Program-made: the position numbers and the translations under genes
Source: the human T2T-CHM13v2.0 reference genome, Homo sapiens
DNA: 64,000 nt
Assembly (NCBI RefSeq): GCF_009914755.1
Contig: NC_060928.1
Reading direction: 5' to 3' (one strand)
Notes under the pieces: model-generated
What the model was told of the DNA's origin: nothing
The model's input: only the letters and a program-made list of their open reading frames with translations
Database searches by the model: none
In this document: one piece after another, positions 40,794-52,906 of the stretch
How positions within the stretch are numbered: position 1 is the stretch's first letter
How the letters are laid out: every line of letters starts with the position of its first letter

Positions 40794-41401
40794 CTTTGTG
40801 GTTTTATCTACCTTTGTTCTTTAATGTTGGTGACCTACCGATGGGGTTTTGATGTGGATGTCCTTTTTGTTGATGTTGATGCTATTCCTTTCTGTTCGTT
40901 AGTTTTCCTTCTAACACTCAGGCCCCTCAGCTGCAGGTCTGTTGGACTTTGCTGGAGGTCCACTCCAGGCCCTGTTTGCCTGGGTATCACCATCAGAGTC
41001 TGCACAACAGCAAGTATTGCTGCCTGATCATTCCTCTGGAAGCTTCGTTCCAGAGGGGCACCTGCCAGATGCCACCCATAGCTCTCCTGTATGAGGTGTC
41101 TTTCTCCCATGCTGAGAGAACCACTGCTCTCTTCAGAGCTGACAGGCAGGGATGTTTATGTCTGGAGAAGTTGTGCCCAGAGCTGCCCCTTCCCCTAAGT
41201 GCTCTGTCCCAGGGAGACGAGGGTTTCTCTATAAGTCCTTGACTTGGGCTGCTGCCTTTTTTTCAGATATGCCCTGCCCACAGATGTGGAATCTAGAGAG
41301 GCAGTTGGCCTTGCTGGGGTGCGGTGGGCTCTGCCCATTTCAAGCTTTCCAGCAGCTTTGTTTACACTGTGAGCATAAAACCACCTATTCAAGCCTCAGC
41401 A

Positions 41402-41569
41402 ATGGTGGACACCCCTCCCCCCTCCAAGCTCCAGTGTCCCAGGTCAATCTCAGACTGCTGCACTAGCAGCAAGAATTTCAAGCCAATGGATCTTAGCTTG
41501 CTCGGCTCTGTGGGTGTGGGACGCACTGAGCCAGGCACAGGAGAGAATCTCCTGGTCTGCAGGTTGTAA
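41402..41569 (+). other. L1 ORF0-like antisense ORF (55 aa)
   Basis: MVDTPPPSKLQCPRSISDCC...SVGVGRTEPG resembles L1 ORF0 (MAGAPPPAS...ISDCC...SVGVGPSEPG). GCAATGG Kozak context. Confidence 0.7.
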
Positions 41570-42084
41570 AATGTGGGAAAAATGCAGTATTGAGGCAGGA
41601 GTGTATCCTTCTTCCTGGTACAGTCTCTCATGGCTTCCCTTGGCTAGGAAAGGGAAATCCCCCAGCTCCTTGTGCTTCCCAGGTGAGGTGATGCCCCACC
41701 CTGCTTTGGCTTGCCCTCCATGGGCCACACCAACTGTCCAACCAGTCCCATTGAGATGAACCAGGTACCTCAGTTGGAAATGCAGAAATCACCCATCTTC
41801 TGCGTCAGTCTTGCTGGGAGCTGCAGACTGGACCTATTCCTATTTGGCCATCTTGGAAGAGTCCTCCCAAGTCCTACTCATATTTTGTGACCTAGTTTCA
41901 AGGCCACCATCTCCAAGAAGACTTCGTATATGCTCCCAAACATAAAGGGTCTGTCAGGGCTCTGAACTTGCTTACAACCTGATGCCTTTCCTAATGTGGC
42001 TGATCATGTTCTGTCTGGTTATTTCTCTTCTCTCCTGTACTTGATTTGAAAGCTCTTTGAGCACATGGGCTATGCCTCAGTTGT

Positions 42085-42198
42085 CTTTGTGTTTCAAAGA
42101 CAAAGACAAACAAAGGCCCAAAAAATTAACCTCATCATTAGCCTCTGTTTATTCAAAGATAAACAAAGGCCAAATAAATTAAACTCATTGCTCAGCCC
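42085..42198 (+). repeat. Degenerate ~55-60-bp tandem duplication
   Basis: ttcaaaga..aaacaaaggcc.aa.aaattaa.ctcat twice. Confidence 0.75.
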
Positions 42199-42218
42199 AA
42201 AGTATTGCATTTTAATTC

Positions 42219-42515
<297 letters not shown>

Positions 42516-43689
42516 GCATTTTTAGTTGCTAATATGATAGTCACTGATGTTATCCTATAAAAGTAAAATAACATCTGAGAGACTATCATTTTTATTTGCA
42601 GTTAATTTATAAAATATCATTTACATAATACAATTTTCACATATTTTTGCTGTCACACAAAATGTCACCTACAATATGTTAGAGAGCTAGCAAGTCCTTC
42701 CACAAACTAAGAAATATATTTTCTCTATGAGAAAGAGAGGGTGTTTTCAACAGTTCTTGGTGAGTTATTTAAAGAAAGCTAAAATACAAATAATCAAAGC
42801 TACATAAATTACATAAAATCTACCCTTAAGCATTTGTTTTTCTCCCTGCCGTTTATATAGTATCTAATCAGTTACCATTAGTTGGTTTTGAACTTTCATA
42901 CAGGTTAATCTTTCAAATCTACTGTGCACATTCGTTAGAGACTCACCTATGGTTAAAAAAATAATAATTCCCTTTTCTTGGTTTCATACATTTTTAGGAA
43001 GAGAGAGACATCAAGTAATTGCCTAGTTTGGACCACATTCTATAAGCAAGACTCTAGGTTTTCCCAGAGACTTGAGCATCCATGACATGCTGAAATATAT
43101 ACTGGGAAAAAGACCCTGCAGCCCCTTCATGAAGGTAAAACATTCCACATCCAATAACATTTAAGCAGCATTTAAGATTTTATTTTTAAAATTTAAAAAA
43201 CTAGCTTTAAAATTCAGGCCAGAAAAATATATATTTATAATATTAAGTAGAGAAGTATGTGCAGAATTTGGTAAAATACAATACAAAAAAGTCCAAGTTT
43301 ATAAAGAGACATTATCCTGAGACAGGGTATTGCAGTGTCTTTGAAGTGAGAAACAACTGTGCCCTCAATGGACAATAGTAGAGTTGCTCATAAGAAATTA
43401 AGGATCAAGAAAAAGGGCAGTGTATAGTAGAGCATGGGGAAGTGATAGAGTGGGCAGAAAAAAAACAGTATGCCCATAGTATTGGCAGCAAAGTTACCAA
43501 CCTGATCCTGAAGCCTTAGGTCTCACCTGTCCATCCACAATTGATACCGCCAACAGCAAACACGTGCCAAGAAGCCAGGCACAGTGCACCATTATGTTAA
43601 TACTCTTATGTCCACCAACGTGGACCCTCTTATTTCATTCCTACTCTGTCCCTGCCCTGTGCTCATTTATCTGTTTCTTCCATACACTG

Positions 43690-43990
43690 ATTCATTTGGA
43701 CATTAAGTGCTTAACTGCCAGACTCTGTTCTTGAATGTGGGAATACCTGGTCAATATGATGAGGTTTTGGCCCTCATAGCACTAAGAATATAGTAAGAAA
43801 TGCAGAGAAACAAACATTTAGTATAGAAGCATTCAGTCCTGGGATACATAAAAGATGGGCTACAATGGAAGCCCAGATAAGGAGGACCTACTCCTGCTCT
43901 GTGGTTGGTTCAGGAAAGGGTCACTGGAGCAAGAGGTCTCTAAGCTGAGAGCTAAGGTTAGAGTTAGTTAGGAAAGGACAGAAGGAAAAG
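43690..43990 (-). mobile_element. L2 fragment
   Basis: ttcatt...attaagtgctt..tgccagactctgttct; caggaaagg.tcactggag; aagctgagagctaa. Confidence 0.55.
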
Positions 43991-45093
43991 AACAAACTGA
44001 GATTTTAGTTTGTCCCTTTTGACATTGAGTCCTGGTCTTTTGATTGAGTTGTTTTTCCTCTTAAGTAGAATATCATGAAAAGAAATTAATACAAGTGCAA
44101 AAAATGCTGTGTAGTGTGTAGCACAAATATTCAATATTCAATTAACGTATGGAGAAATGGTAGAAGAACAGATAGCCTGACTAAAAGAATGAAATGAAGT
44201 CAGATTAGGACATTGATGCACTTCCAACTTCTTAGAGAGCAAGATTTCTTAAAGTCAATTAGAAAAATTGGCTAGGAAAAAAGTATTTAAATCCTGCCTA
44301 AATGACCTCAATTTCTATTCCAATAAATTACTGGTCTCTTTTGCAATTAGTCGTCCAGCTTGTCAGCCATATGAACAGAGGATTTATTTTCTGTTTCGGG
44401 CATTGAGCAGATGGGCAGCCTGCCACACTAGAACCTGGCTGTGCTTCTAGGTAATATGGGGGGAGGGGGCATGGGGGAAAGGAGGTAGGAACTGGGATTA
44501 TCACCTCGAGAAATTTCCTTGTAGTTCAGTCAGCTCTGAGTTGATATTCCAGCTTTGTTCTGAAATTCAGTTTTAGATCTGTTGTTTGAAAGTTGAGAGA
44601 CTTTTTCATATTGTTATGTCTGGCTGGAGGCCAGTGGGCAGAGGGAAAACCAGAATGTGTGCAGTCTTAGTCCTAGAAAGTGGTGAGGGAGAAACATTTA
44701 GCTCATCACCTGACAGGCAGGGTCTTGAGAGGCAGCCAGGTTTAAGGACTTGGAGGTCACTGGAAGATGCTGTGGTCTGAAGCAGGAGAGGAGCTAGGGA
44801 TCAGAGGTTGGGAAAAACAGAGAAACAGGAGACTGAAATGTGGCCAGAAATGGTCACAGAGCTGTGACTGATCCTGCCAGAGGATGTTGCTCTTGCCCAG
44901 GGTGATGCTCACTGGGTTGTTGCATGGATGGCCATTCTTGCCCATTAAGTCCTCTTGGTGCTTTCACTCCAGATAGTTTCTAAGTTGCCACAAACACCTC
45001 AGGTCAAGTTCCCCACCCCAAGTCCTCCAAAGGCACTGTGCTTAGAGTTCCACCAAACCAGACACCATGTGCAGTAAAGTTTCTATGGGCAAT

Positions 45094-45465
45094 TGTATTT
45101 AGTCCATTCTCATGCTGCTATAAAGAACTGCCTGAGACTGGGTAATTTATAAAGAAAAAGAAGTTTAATTGACTCACAGTTCCACACGGTTGGGGAGGCC
45201 TCACGAAAATGACAATCATGGCAAAAGGGGAAGCAAACATGTTCTTCTTCACATGGCAGCAGGAGAGAAAAGTGCAGAGCAAAGGGGGAAAAGCTCCTTT
45301 TAAAATCATCAGATCTCATGAGAACTCACCCACTATCACGAGAACAGCATGGGGGAATCGCCCCCATAATCTAATCACCTCCCATGAGGTTTCTCCCACA
45401 ACATGTGGGGATTATGGGAACAATTCAAGATAAGATTTGGGTAGGGGCACAGCCAAAACATATCA
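45094..45465 (-). mobile_element. THE1C-like LTR
   Basis: TGTATTTAGTCCATTCTCATGCTGCT...CAGCCAAAACATATCA. Confidence 0.92.
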
Positions 45466-46226
45466 CTCCACCCCTGGCCCCTCCCAAATCTCACGTCCTT
45501 ATATTTCAAAACATAATCAGCCCCCTAAAGTCTTAACTCATTCCAGCAAAAGTCCAAGTCCAAAGTCCCATCTGAGATAAGGCAAGTCCCTTCTGCCTGT
45601 GAGCCTGTAAAATCAAAAGCAAGTTAGTTACTTCCTAGATACAATGTGGGTACAGGCATGGGGTAAATACACTCATTCTAAATGGAATAAATTGGCCAAA
45701 ACAAAAGGGCTACAGGCCCCCATGCAAGTCAAAAATCCATAGGGCAGTCATTAAACTTTAAAGTTCCAAAATGATCTCCTTTGGCTCTATGTCTCACATC
45801 CAGGTCACACTGATGCAAGAGGTGAACTCTTATGTCTTTAAACAGCTCCACTCCTGTGGCTTTGCAGATTATAGTCCCACTGCTGGCTGTTTTCACAGGT
45901 TGGCATTGAGTGTCTGTGGCTTTTCCAGGCACAGAGCGCAGGCTGTTTGTGGATCTACCATTCTGGGTTCTGGAAGACGGTGGCCCTCTTCTCACAGATC
46001 CACTAGGCATTGCCCCAATGGGGACTCTGTGTGGGGGCTCCAACCCCACATTTCCCTTTCACTGCTGCTGTAGCAGAGGTTCTCCATAAGGGCTCCACCC
46101 CTGCAGCAAACTTCTGTCTGGACATCTAGGCGTTTCCATATATCCTCTGAAATCTAGGAGGAGGATCCCCAACCTCATTCTTGACTTCTGTTTACCCACA
46201 GGCCCAACACCACATGGAAGCTGCCA
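45466..46226 (-). mobile_element. THE1 internal sequence, truncated
   Basis: Contiguous with the LTR (ctccacccctggcccctcccaaatctca...). Ends abruptly at ggaagctgcca. Confidence 0.92.
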
Positions 46227-46421
46227 TATTCTTTACTTAATACATTTATTTATTGTCTGCTTCTCTCTAATGTAAAGTTCCATTGGGGCAGGGATTTTTG
46301 TTTGCTTTTTATTTTAGTTTTTAAAATGTATTTTCAGTACCCGGTACTATGCCAGGCATTGGAAGGCATGCAATACATATTTTGATAAATACATAATCTT
46401 ACCTTGGGCAGGGTTCTCTGC

Positions 46422-46881
46422 TTTTTTTTTTTTTTTTTTTTGACAGAGTTTTGCTCTTGTCCATTGTACCATGTGCCTGGAAAAGCCACAGACACTCAAT
46501 GCCAACCTGTGAAAGCAGCCAGGAGTGGGACTATAATCTGCAAAGCTACAGGGGTGGAGCTGTTTAAAGACATGAGAGTCCACCTCTTGCATCAGCGTGA
46601 CCTGGATGTGAGACATAGAGCTAAAGGAGATCATGCAATGGCATGATTTTGGCTCACTGCAACCTCCGCCTCCTAGGTTCAAGTGATTCTCCTGCCTCAG
46701 ACACCCAAGTAGCTGGGATTACCAGTGCCCACCACCACCCCTGGCTAATTTTTGTATTTTTAGTAGAGACGGGGTTTCACCATGTTGGCCAGGCTGGTCA
46801 CGAACTCCTGATCTCAGGTGATCCACCTGCCTTAGCCTCCCAAAGTGCTGGGATTACAGGTGTGAGCCACTGCACCTGGCC
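46422..46881 (-). mobile_element. AluS (Sq/Sp-like) carrying an internal ~170-bp insertion
   Basis: Poly-T then gacagagttttgctcttgt. Alu resumes at gcaatggcatgat (46635) and runs to cacctggcc. Confidence 0.93.
46463..46634 (+). repeat. Inverted copy of THE1-int segment 45771-45933 inside the Alu
   Basis: 46472-46634 is the reverse complement of 45771-45933, with 8 mismatches in 163 bp and no gaps. Confidence 0.96.
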
Positions 46882-46924
46882 TGCTCTTTTTGTTTATTTA
46901 TTCATTCATTTCTCCATCCATTCA

Positions 46925-47458
46925 TTTAAATCAACAATTCATGACCTAGTCTCTCATGACTTCCTCTCATACTGCTTTCTTTCTTTATTATTCTCCAACT
47001 TTATTGGCTTCCTTTTTGTTTCCTTATAAATCCAAATTGGTTCCCTCCTGAAAGGCTTTGCACATGTTTTCCCATTGCCTGAGGAGCTCTTTCTCTAGGT
47101 CATCTCATGGTGAGTCCATCATACCACTCAGATCTCAGTTCAAATGTTCTTTTTAGAGAGGTCTTCCCTCACCACCCTACATAAATTCTCCTCTGGTCCC
47201 CACCTCAATCACTCCTGTCACCTTCACATTATCCTATTTTAGTATCATTATTTTGATAACATATTATGATCTGAAATGATCATGCTCATTTATTTGTTTG
47301 CTTGTTTAATGCCTCTGTCTATCTCCTCCTGTCTTGCCCCCTGGTAGAATATAAGTTTCAGTACAACAGAGAGACCCCAGTGATTTTGTTTCCCATTGTA
47401 TACCCAATCTCTAGACCAAAACCTGGAGCATGTTTGATGCTTAATAAATATTTGTAAT
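46925..47458 (+). mobile_element. L2a-like 3' end
   Basis: ctttgcacatg; tcagatctcagttcaaatgt; tagaatataagtt.ca; gcttaataaatatttg. Confidence 0.7.
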
Positions 47459-47519
47459 TGTATTATTTGTAGTTAATAACAAATATATGATCAGGATTAT
47501 GCTTCTTACACTGCCTATA

Positions 47520-47950
47520 TTGAAACCCAGTTCTGCCATTGACTATCCCTGTCACTTGAGAACAATGCTTGACTTCTCTATGCCCAAGTTACTTACCAAT
47601 ATACGAGAACTATAATAGTAAATGTGCCCTGTGATTGTTGTGGGGATTAGTGATAGCAATAATAACAATAGTAATAACTACCACTGAGCAGTTTCAATAT
47701 GCCAAGAACTGTTTTAATCCCTTTACCTGCATTTGATTGTTTAATTCTCATCACAACCCTATGAAATGGGTGTTATTTTAATTCCCATTTTTTGGTGACT
47801 CAGTTAAGATTTGGAAAAGCAAATAACATATAGTTACTAAGAGGTGGAAAAGGGATTGAAACCCAGGCAGTTTGGCTCCAGAGCCTGTACTTTTTCACAT
47901 GTGCTAGGAACATAGTAATCACTCAATAAATGTCAGCCATTATCATTATT
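47520..47950. mobile_element. MIR fragments (nested, both strands)
   Basis: ttctcatcacaaccctatga, ggattgaaacccaggcagtttggctccagagcc. Confidence 0.7.
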
Positions 47951-48759
47951 AGCTATGCAACATTACAAGTGAATATACTATAAATCTTTTTTTTCTCAAA
48001 GATGTCAACTGTGAAACAGGCAGCTTAATATTAGATTCTATAAAAAGCAACAGGAAATTCATACTGATGTAAAAAAATAATTTGAAAATACAATCTTTTC
48101 ATTACATGGGGAGCTATTAAAATACATATAAATAATATATTTCATATAAAATAAATATATTTTATTGAACATTAAATCTTATTGAAGATATGGCATGTGC
48201 TGCATTATACTGGCAACTGATATCTGTTAAAAACAAGCTTCCAGAACGCCAGTTTGGCTTAGGTAATTCTGTGAAAGAGGTTCTGGATTATTCCCCAACA
48301 AAAATATCTTGGCAAATTATGACATACAAGCTTTCAGACTTGCTTGTGAATAGTTAAAACTGAACTGCAAATCCTTAAATGTCAAGGGAATACTATGTTT
48401 TTTTCCTTGTACTTTGAAACTTGTATTATGGACATTTGTATACTTATCAATATTTACTATATTGCACTATTTTTAAAAAGCAGGTAATAAATATTTTCTT
48501 CATTATTTTTCTCATTATATTTATGTGAGTCTTGCATTTAGTAGGGAGTATATATATATATTTTGCCACTCATTGTTAAATTGTGCATACTTGGGTTTTC
48601 TTTTTTATATTCAGGAAAATCGTTTTCCTAAAATTAAATCATGACATTGAGTGATTACAAGTGTACATGTGTCAACTATGACTTACAGCAAGTAACCCAA
48701 CTCTGTTCAAAAAGATTTATTTAGATTCTCTATTTAGGCAGTGGGTTTACTGAATGAAG

Positions 48760-48945
48760 GAATTTAGAAAATGACAGGATTTTAGAGTTGGAAAGGACAT
48801 TGGAACACTATAATCCAGGTTCTCTCTTTTATAGGTGGGTAAATGGAAAATCAGAGAATTTAAGTGACTTGCCTAAAATCTCACAGCTAGTTGGTACCAG
48901 AACTGGGACTGGGAGCCAGGTCTCCTGGCTCCTGTTCTGATGCTT
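48760..48945 (-). mobile_element. MIR/MIR3 fragment
   Basis: ttagagttggaaaggac; cagagaattt.aagtgacttgcctaa..tc.cacagctagt. Confidence 0.7.
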
Positions 48946-49877
48946 TGTTGGAGGGCAGAGATTATATGCTCCAAGAATTTTGCTTTTCTGTTATAGACAG
49001 TAGAACTTAGAAAATCTAGATGAATGGATAATGTGCCCATTAAACCATCTGTTTCAAGGAATAAATGTGTTAAGCAAAATTTTCATGAGTCTTTTGATTG
49101 AATTTGCTATTAAAAATCTGTGAGTAGAGATATATATTATAGTTTTACTAGAAATAATAAATTTTCCCAATTAAAGTAATTCACATTCATTATAGAAATT
49201 AGTAGCATATAGAAAACCATGAAGGTAAAATAACAGGACCCATCATTTCAGCACTCTTAGACAACCATTGTTAACTTATGGCTATTTGGTTTCTATATTT
49301 CATGTTATATTTGTGTGTATAAATATGTGTATAAAATAATTATAAATAGTATGGATTATATTTAAACATATATATTAGTATCTATCAATACTAGGTTATA
49401 TTAGTATATGTAAAACATATTATGAAATGATATATAATTAACATTTGTTTAATTGGGATCATATAATATAATACATTATTTAAAAATTTACAAATGTGTT
49501 TGGGAATATTCTTTTTTTTCTTATCCTTTGAGTTTATTTAACTTTGGAATTATTTCACAGTTTGGTAGAACATAATTTGGGCATAATGATTTTTGAGGGG
49601 TAGATGTTTTAAATATGAACTCACTGACTCTTTTAAAAGTAGGGATTTATTCTATATTTCTACCTTTTCCTGAGTTACTTTTGCTATGTAATAATTTTCA
49701 GTATGTTGGCATACATTTATTTGTACTATTCTACTTTTGAAATTTTTTCCCTTAGTTTTGTCCTATTTTTTTTTCTAATATTTTTGACCTTTTTTTTGGT
49801 CTCATTTATCTTGTTTACTTTTGGGTCAGACATGTCAGATGAGAGTCAGTTTTATTACACGTTTCAAAGAACCAACT

Positions 49878-50305
49878 CTGCTGGACATAGACTTGCACTG
49901 CCCAGAGTTTTCTTTCAGGAAGACTTTGTTGCCCCAGCTGCTGAATGTACCACCTTTGGCATCTTCAGCTGTCAACCTGTTTAGGTCCCCCCTCAGCTAT
50001 AGAGAACCACCTTGGCTAAGGCCACACCCTTTCTTAGGGCATATCCAATGACTGATTGAGACGGAGGTATATAGGCCAGCCATTTTAGTTTAATGTGGGA
50101 AAATTTTGATGGGTCAGTTCCTTTTCAGAGCTCCACATAGGGTCAGCTGAAGTTCTTTGGCTTATATTGCAAATCAGTTTCTCTATTTGCACAGTTCTTC
50201 TTTCCCTTTCTCCCTTCCACAGGTGTTAATCACAATAGTACTTTCTAACAAATATCCTAAACATTAAACTCTGTCTCAGAATCAGCTTCTTGAATAACTC
50301 AAACT
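49878..50305 (+). mobile_element. LTR16A-like ERVL LTR
   Basis: gccccagctgctg; ccaatgactgattga; cccttccacaggtgttaat; taaactctgtctcagaatc.gcttc. Confidence 0.7.
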
Positions 50306-51955
50306 TTGGCAGGTCAAGAAAGCTGGTATTAAGATGGGATTTTGGAGTTGTACTATTTACAGCCCAGATGGCAATGAGGATCCCATCACAGGTGGTAGGA
50401 GGAGCACAGATAGCCCCTGGATAAAGGTGGTGGTCCAGTTGTCAAAACTTCCATTGGTGATGATTTGGGATATTTTGTTAGAAAGGAATGCACTAGCTGG
50501 TGTGAAGTATTAGACATTTGTCAAACATGTTGGAAATAGTAAGTAAAAGACAATGGGATTGGATAGCTATTTTTATGCTTTACTGAAGCTCTAGAAAAAG
50601 ATACTGAGAGACTGAGAATGAATAAAAGGCTATTTTGAAAGCCAAATGTGAAAGTCAGAGGCCTCTTTTGCAGCCTGTAAAAAGGATCACATCTCTTGCA
50701 ATGAGAGAGGAAAGAAAACTGAGCAATATGCCTATGACTTAATCAGAGTAGTTGAGCTCCAAAGAGTAAACTTACAACCAAAGCAAGTCTACTATACCAA
50801 TGGCAGGCCCTCAAGGTGGGAATGAGAGAGACCCTGACACTTGAAATAGGAGCCTCTAGATTCATCCTCCCTTTCCCAGACCTTCATCTAGGAATCATCT
50901 GAGTGTGCCTAAGGAGGCTATTATATGAATTAAGAGCCAGCACCTTATCCCCTTGCCTGAGGCCAATGCAGTAGACCCTTTTCCCAGGATAACATGTGTC
51001 TCTTCAGAATCTTCTCTCACTTCTCCTGGTCACTAGGCTTATAACTAGGGTTAAGTTGCTGAATAACCCAACTGGGAATATACTAGGCCTGATAAGGGAA
51101 GAAAAAGACCATACCCTTAAGGAGCCACAAGACCTAGCCAATATGTACTAGCAGAAGCCAGGAAGGAATATATGAGACTGTGTTCTGAGGGTGCAACTGT
51201 GTTCTGAGGGTGCATAATGGAGGTCAGAACATAAAATTGAATAAGGAAGAGTTTATTGATTTTAGAATGCTCTCCTGAAATACAAAATTTGGGACCTTGG
51301 CAAGGACTCCTGGAGATAGTGTGAACTTGCTACTAGAATGGCTTCTGTGCATGCTCAGTGACTCAGAGTATTAGAAATCCATGGTAGACAGCAGAAAAAG
51401 GTATTAAAAGACCCAGGGAAATAATCAGATTGGAAAACTATGTTAAGACTGGATAACTCGCAAGATGATTATGTTCCAAGGGGAAGCATGGCATATGGTC
51501 CATTTACCAAGACCATCATGTATGCATTGGTGAAACGGACACCAGTAGCATTACAAATTTCACTGGTACTCTGTTCTATAGGCCAGGGGTGTTGGAATGA
51601 GAGGCTACTACAGAACAAGACTCACTGGTAGCAGTAAGAATATAGACCCCAAAACAATAGAAGTAAGATGACACTACCTTACCATCAGAAGCCAAGTGGA
51701 TACGACTGTTGTAATGAGTGACTAAGTCAGAGTGGCACCCAAGGGGGACTGAGTTGCAGAGAGTTATAGAGATGGTTAATAACATTGATGTCCCTAGATG
51801 GGTATCCAATAGGGTTCAAAACCATCAGAAGAAATCAATAACAGATGGTCAGGAAGCTGAGGGCAACCACCACAATGAAATTACTATCCTTTGCCCAGTT
51901 TTCAGATCTGAGCCAAATTTCCAGAGCTGGAATCTACTGACTGAAGGAGAGGCTG
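50306..51955 (+). mobile_element. ERVL internal remnant (ERV3-16A3-like gag region)
   Basis: Directly follows the LTR. gatgggattttggag...gatggcaatgaggatcccatcac.ggtggta; gcccagttttcagatctgagcca. Heavily degraded. Confidence 0.65.
51177..51214 (+). repeat. Perfect 19-bp tandem duplication
   Basis: ACTGTGTTCTGAGGGTGCA twice. Confidence 0.95.
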
Positions 51956-52119
51956 GTGATAAAAAATATAATTACTCAGTTGACTGAGAAATAAATAGAA
52001 AACACGAATAGTTCTGTAAGTATTAAAAATTGAGTTGGTAGTTAAAAGTCTTCCAACAAATAAAATAATCTTAGAAAAATCTATAGGTGAGCACTATGAA
52101 ACAATCAAGAGACAGAATC

Positions 52120-52295
52120 CCCTGGGAAAGGCAAGGAAGCAGATTTTCCCCTAGAGCCTCCAGAAAGAACATAGCCTTACTGATTCTCTGATTTTAGGAT
52201 ATCTAACCTCTAGTACTGTAAGAAGGTAAGTTTGTGTTGGTATAAGCCACTAAGTTTGTGGTAATTTGTTACAGCAACAATAGAAAACTAATACA
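52120..52295 (+). mobile_element. MLT1 LTR 3' fragment
   Basis: ggcaaggaagcagattttcccctagagcctccaga...taagccactaagtttgtggtaatttgttacagca. Confidence 0.8.
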
Positions 52296-52464
52296 TAAGC
52301 TATTTCCAAATACATATAACAAAGGTGTCTGAAAACTTTATGAAGGGAATTAGTAAAAATGATTAAAGAATTTAAATGGAGATATGTAAGTGGAAAGCTA
52401 TACCATGTTCATAGATAGAAATACTCAGTATCATAAAAATGTAACTATAAATTAGAGGCAGTTT

Positions 52465-52906
52465 TACTAATTGAATTATATTCCCTCAAAAGGACATGTT
52501 GAAGTTTTAACCCCCAGTACCTCAGAATGTGACCTTATTAAGAAAAAAATAGGGTCTTTACAAAGGTAACCAAATTAAAAATGAGGTTCCTTGGGATGAA
52601 ACATAATTCAGTATGACTGATAAACTTATAAAAAGGGATTATTTGGACACAGAAATGAGCACGCATAAAGGGAAAATAAGGTAAGGATGGAGGCAGAGAT
52701 TGGAATTATGTTGCTATAGCCAATGAATGTCTGGGACTACCAGAAGCTGGAAGAGGCAGGGAAGGATCACAATCCTACAGGTTTCAGGGGGAATGTGGAT
52801 AAATTTGCTACCTTGATACAGGCTTCTAGCCTACAGAATTGTAAGGAAATAAATTTCTGTTGTTCTGAGTGTCATTTTGCTACAGAGGTCCTAGAGAGCA
52901 GACACA
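52465..52906 (+). mobile_element. MLT1C-like LTR
   Basis: cccagtacctcagaatgtgacctta; ggaggcagagattgga; ccagaagctggaagaggc. Confidence 0.8.

Larger units (their letters stand above)
35647..41868 (-). mobile_element. Full-length LINE-1 (L1PA6/7-like), inactive
   Basis: 5'UTR start with intact YY1 site CAAGATGGCC (41846-41855), ORF1, ORF2, 3'UTR and tail. 15-bp TSD AAGTCCTACTCATAT at 35632-35646 and 41869-41883. Confidence 0.97.

Noticed and set aside
44458-44496. G-quadruplex candidate
   Set aside because: Only three close G-tracts, the fourth needs a 16-nt loop, and there is no supporting context.
49310-49480. Very AT-rich tract as an origin or MAR
   Set aside because: Indistinguishable from ordinary low-complexity DNA.
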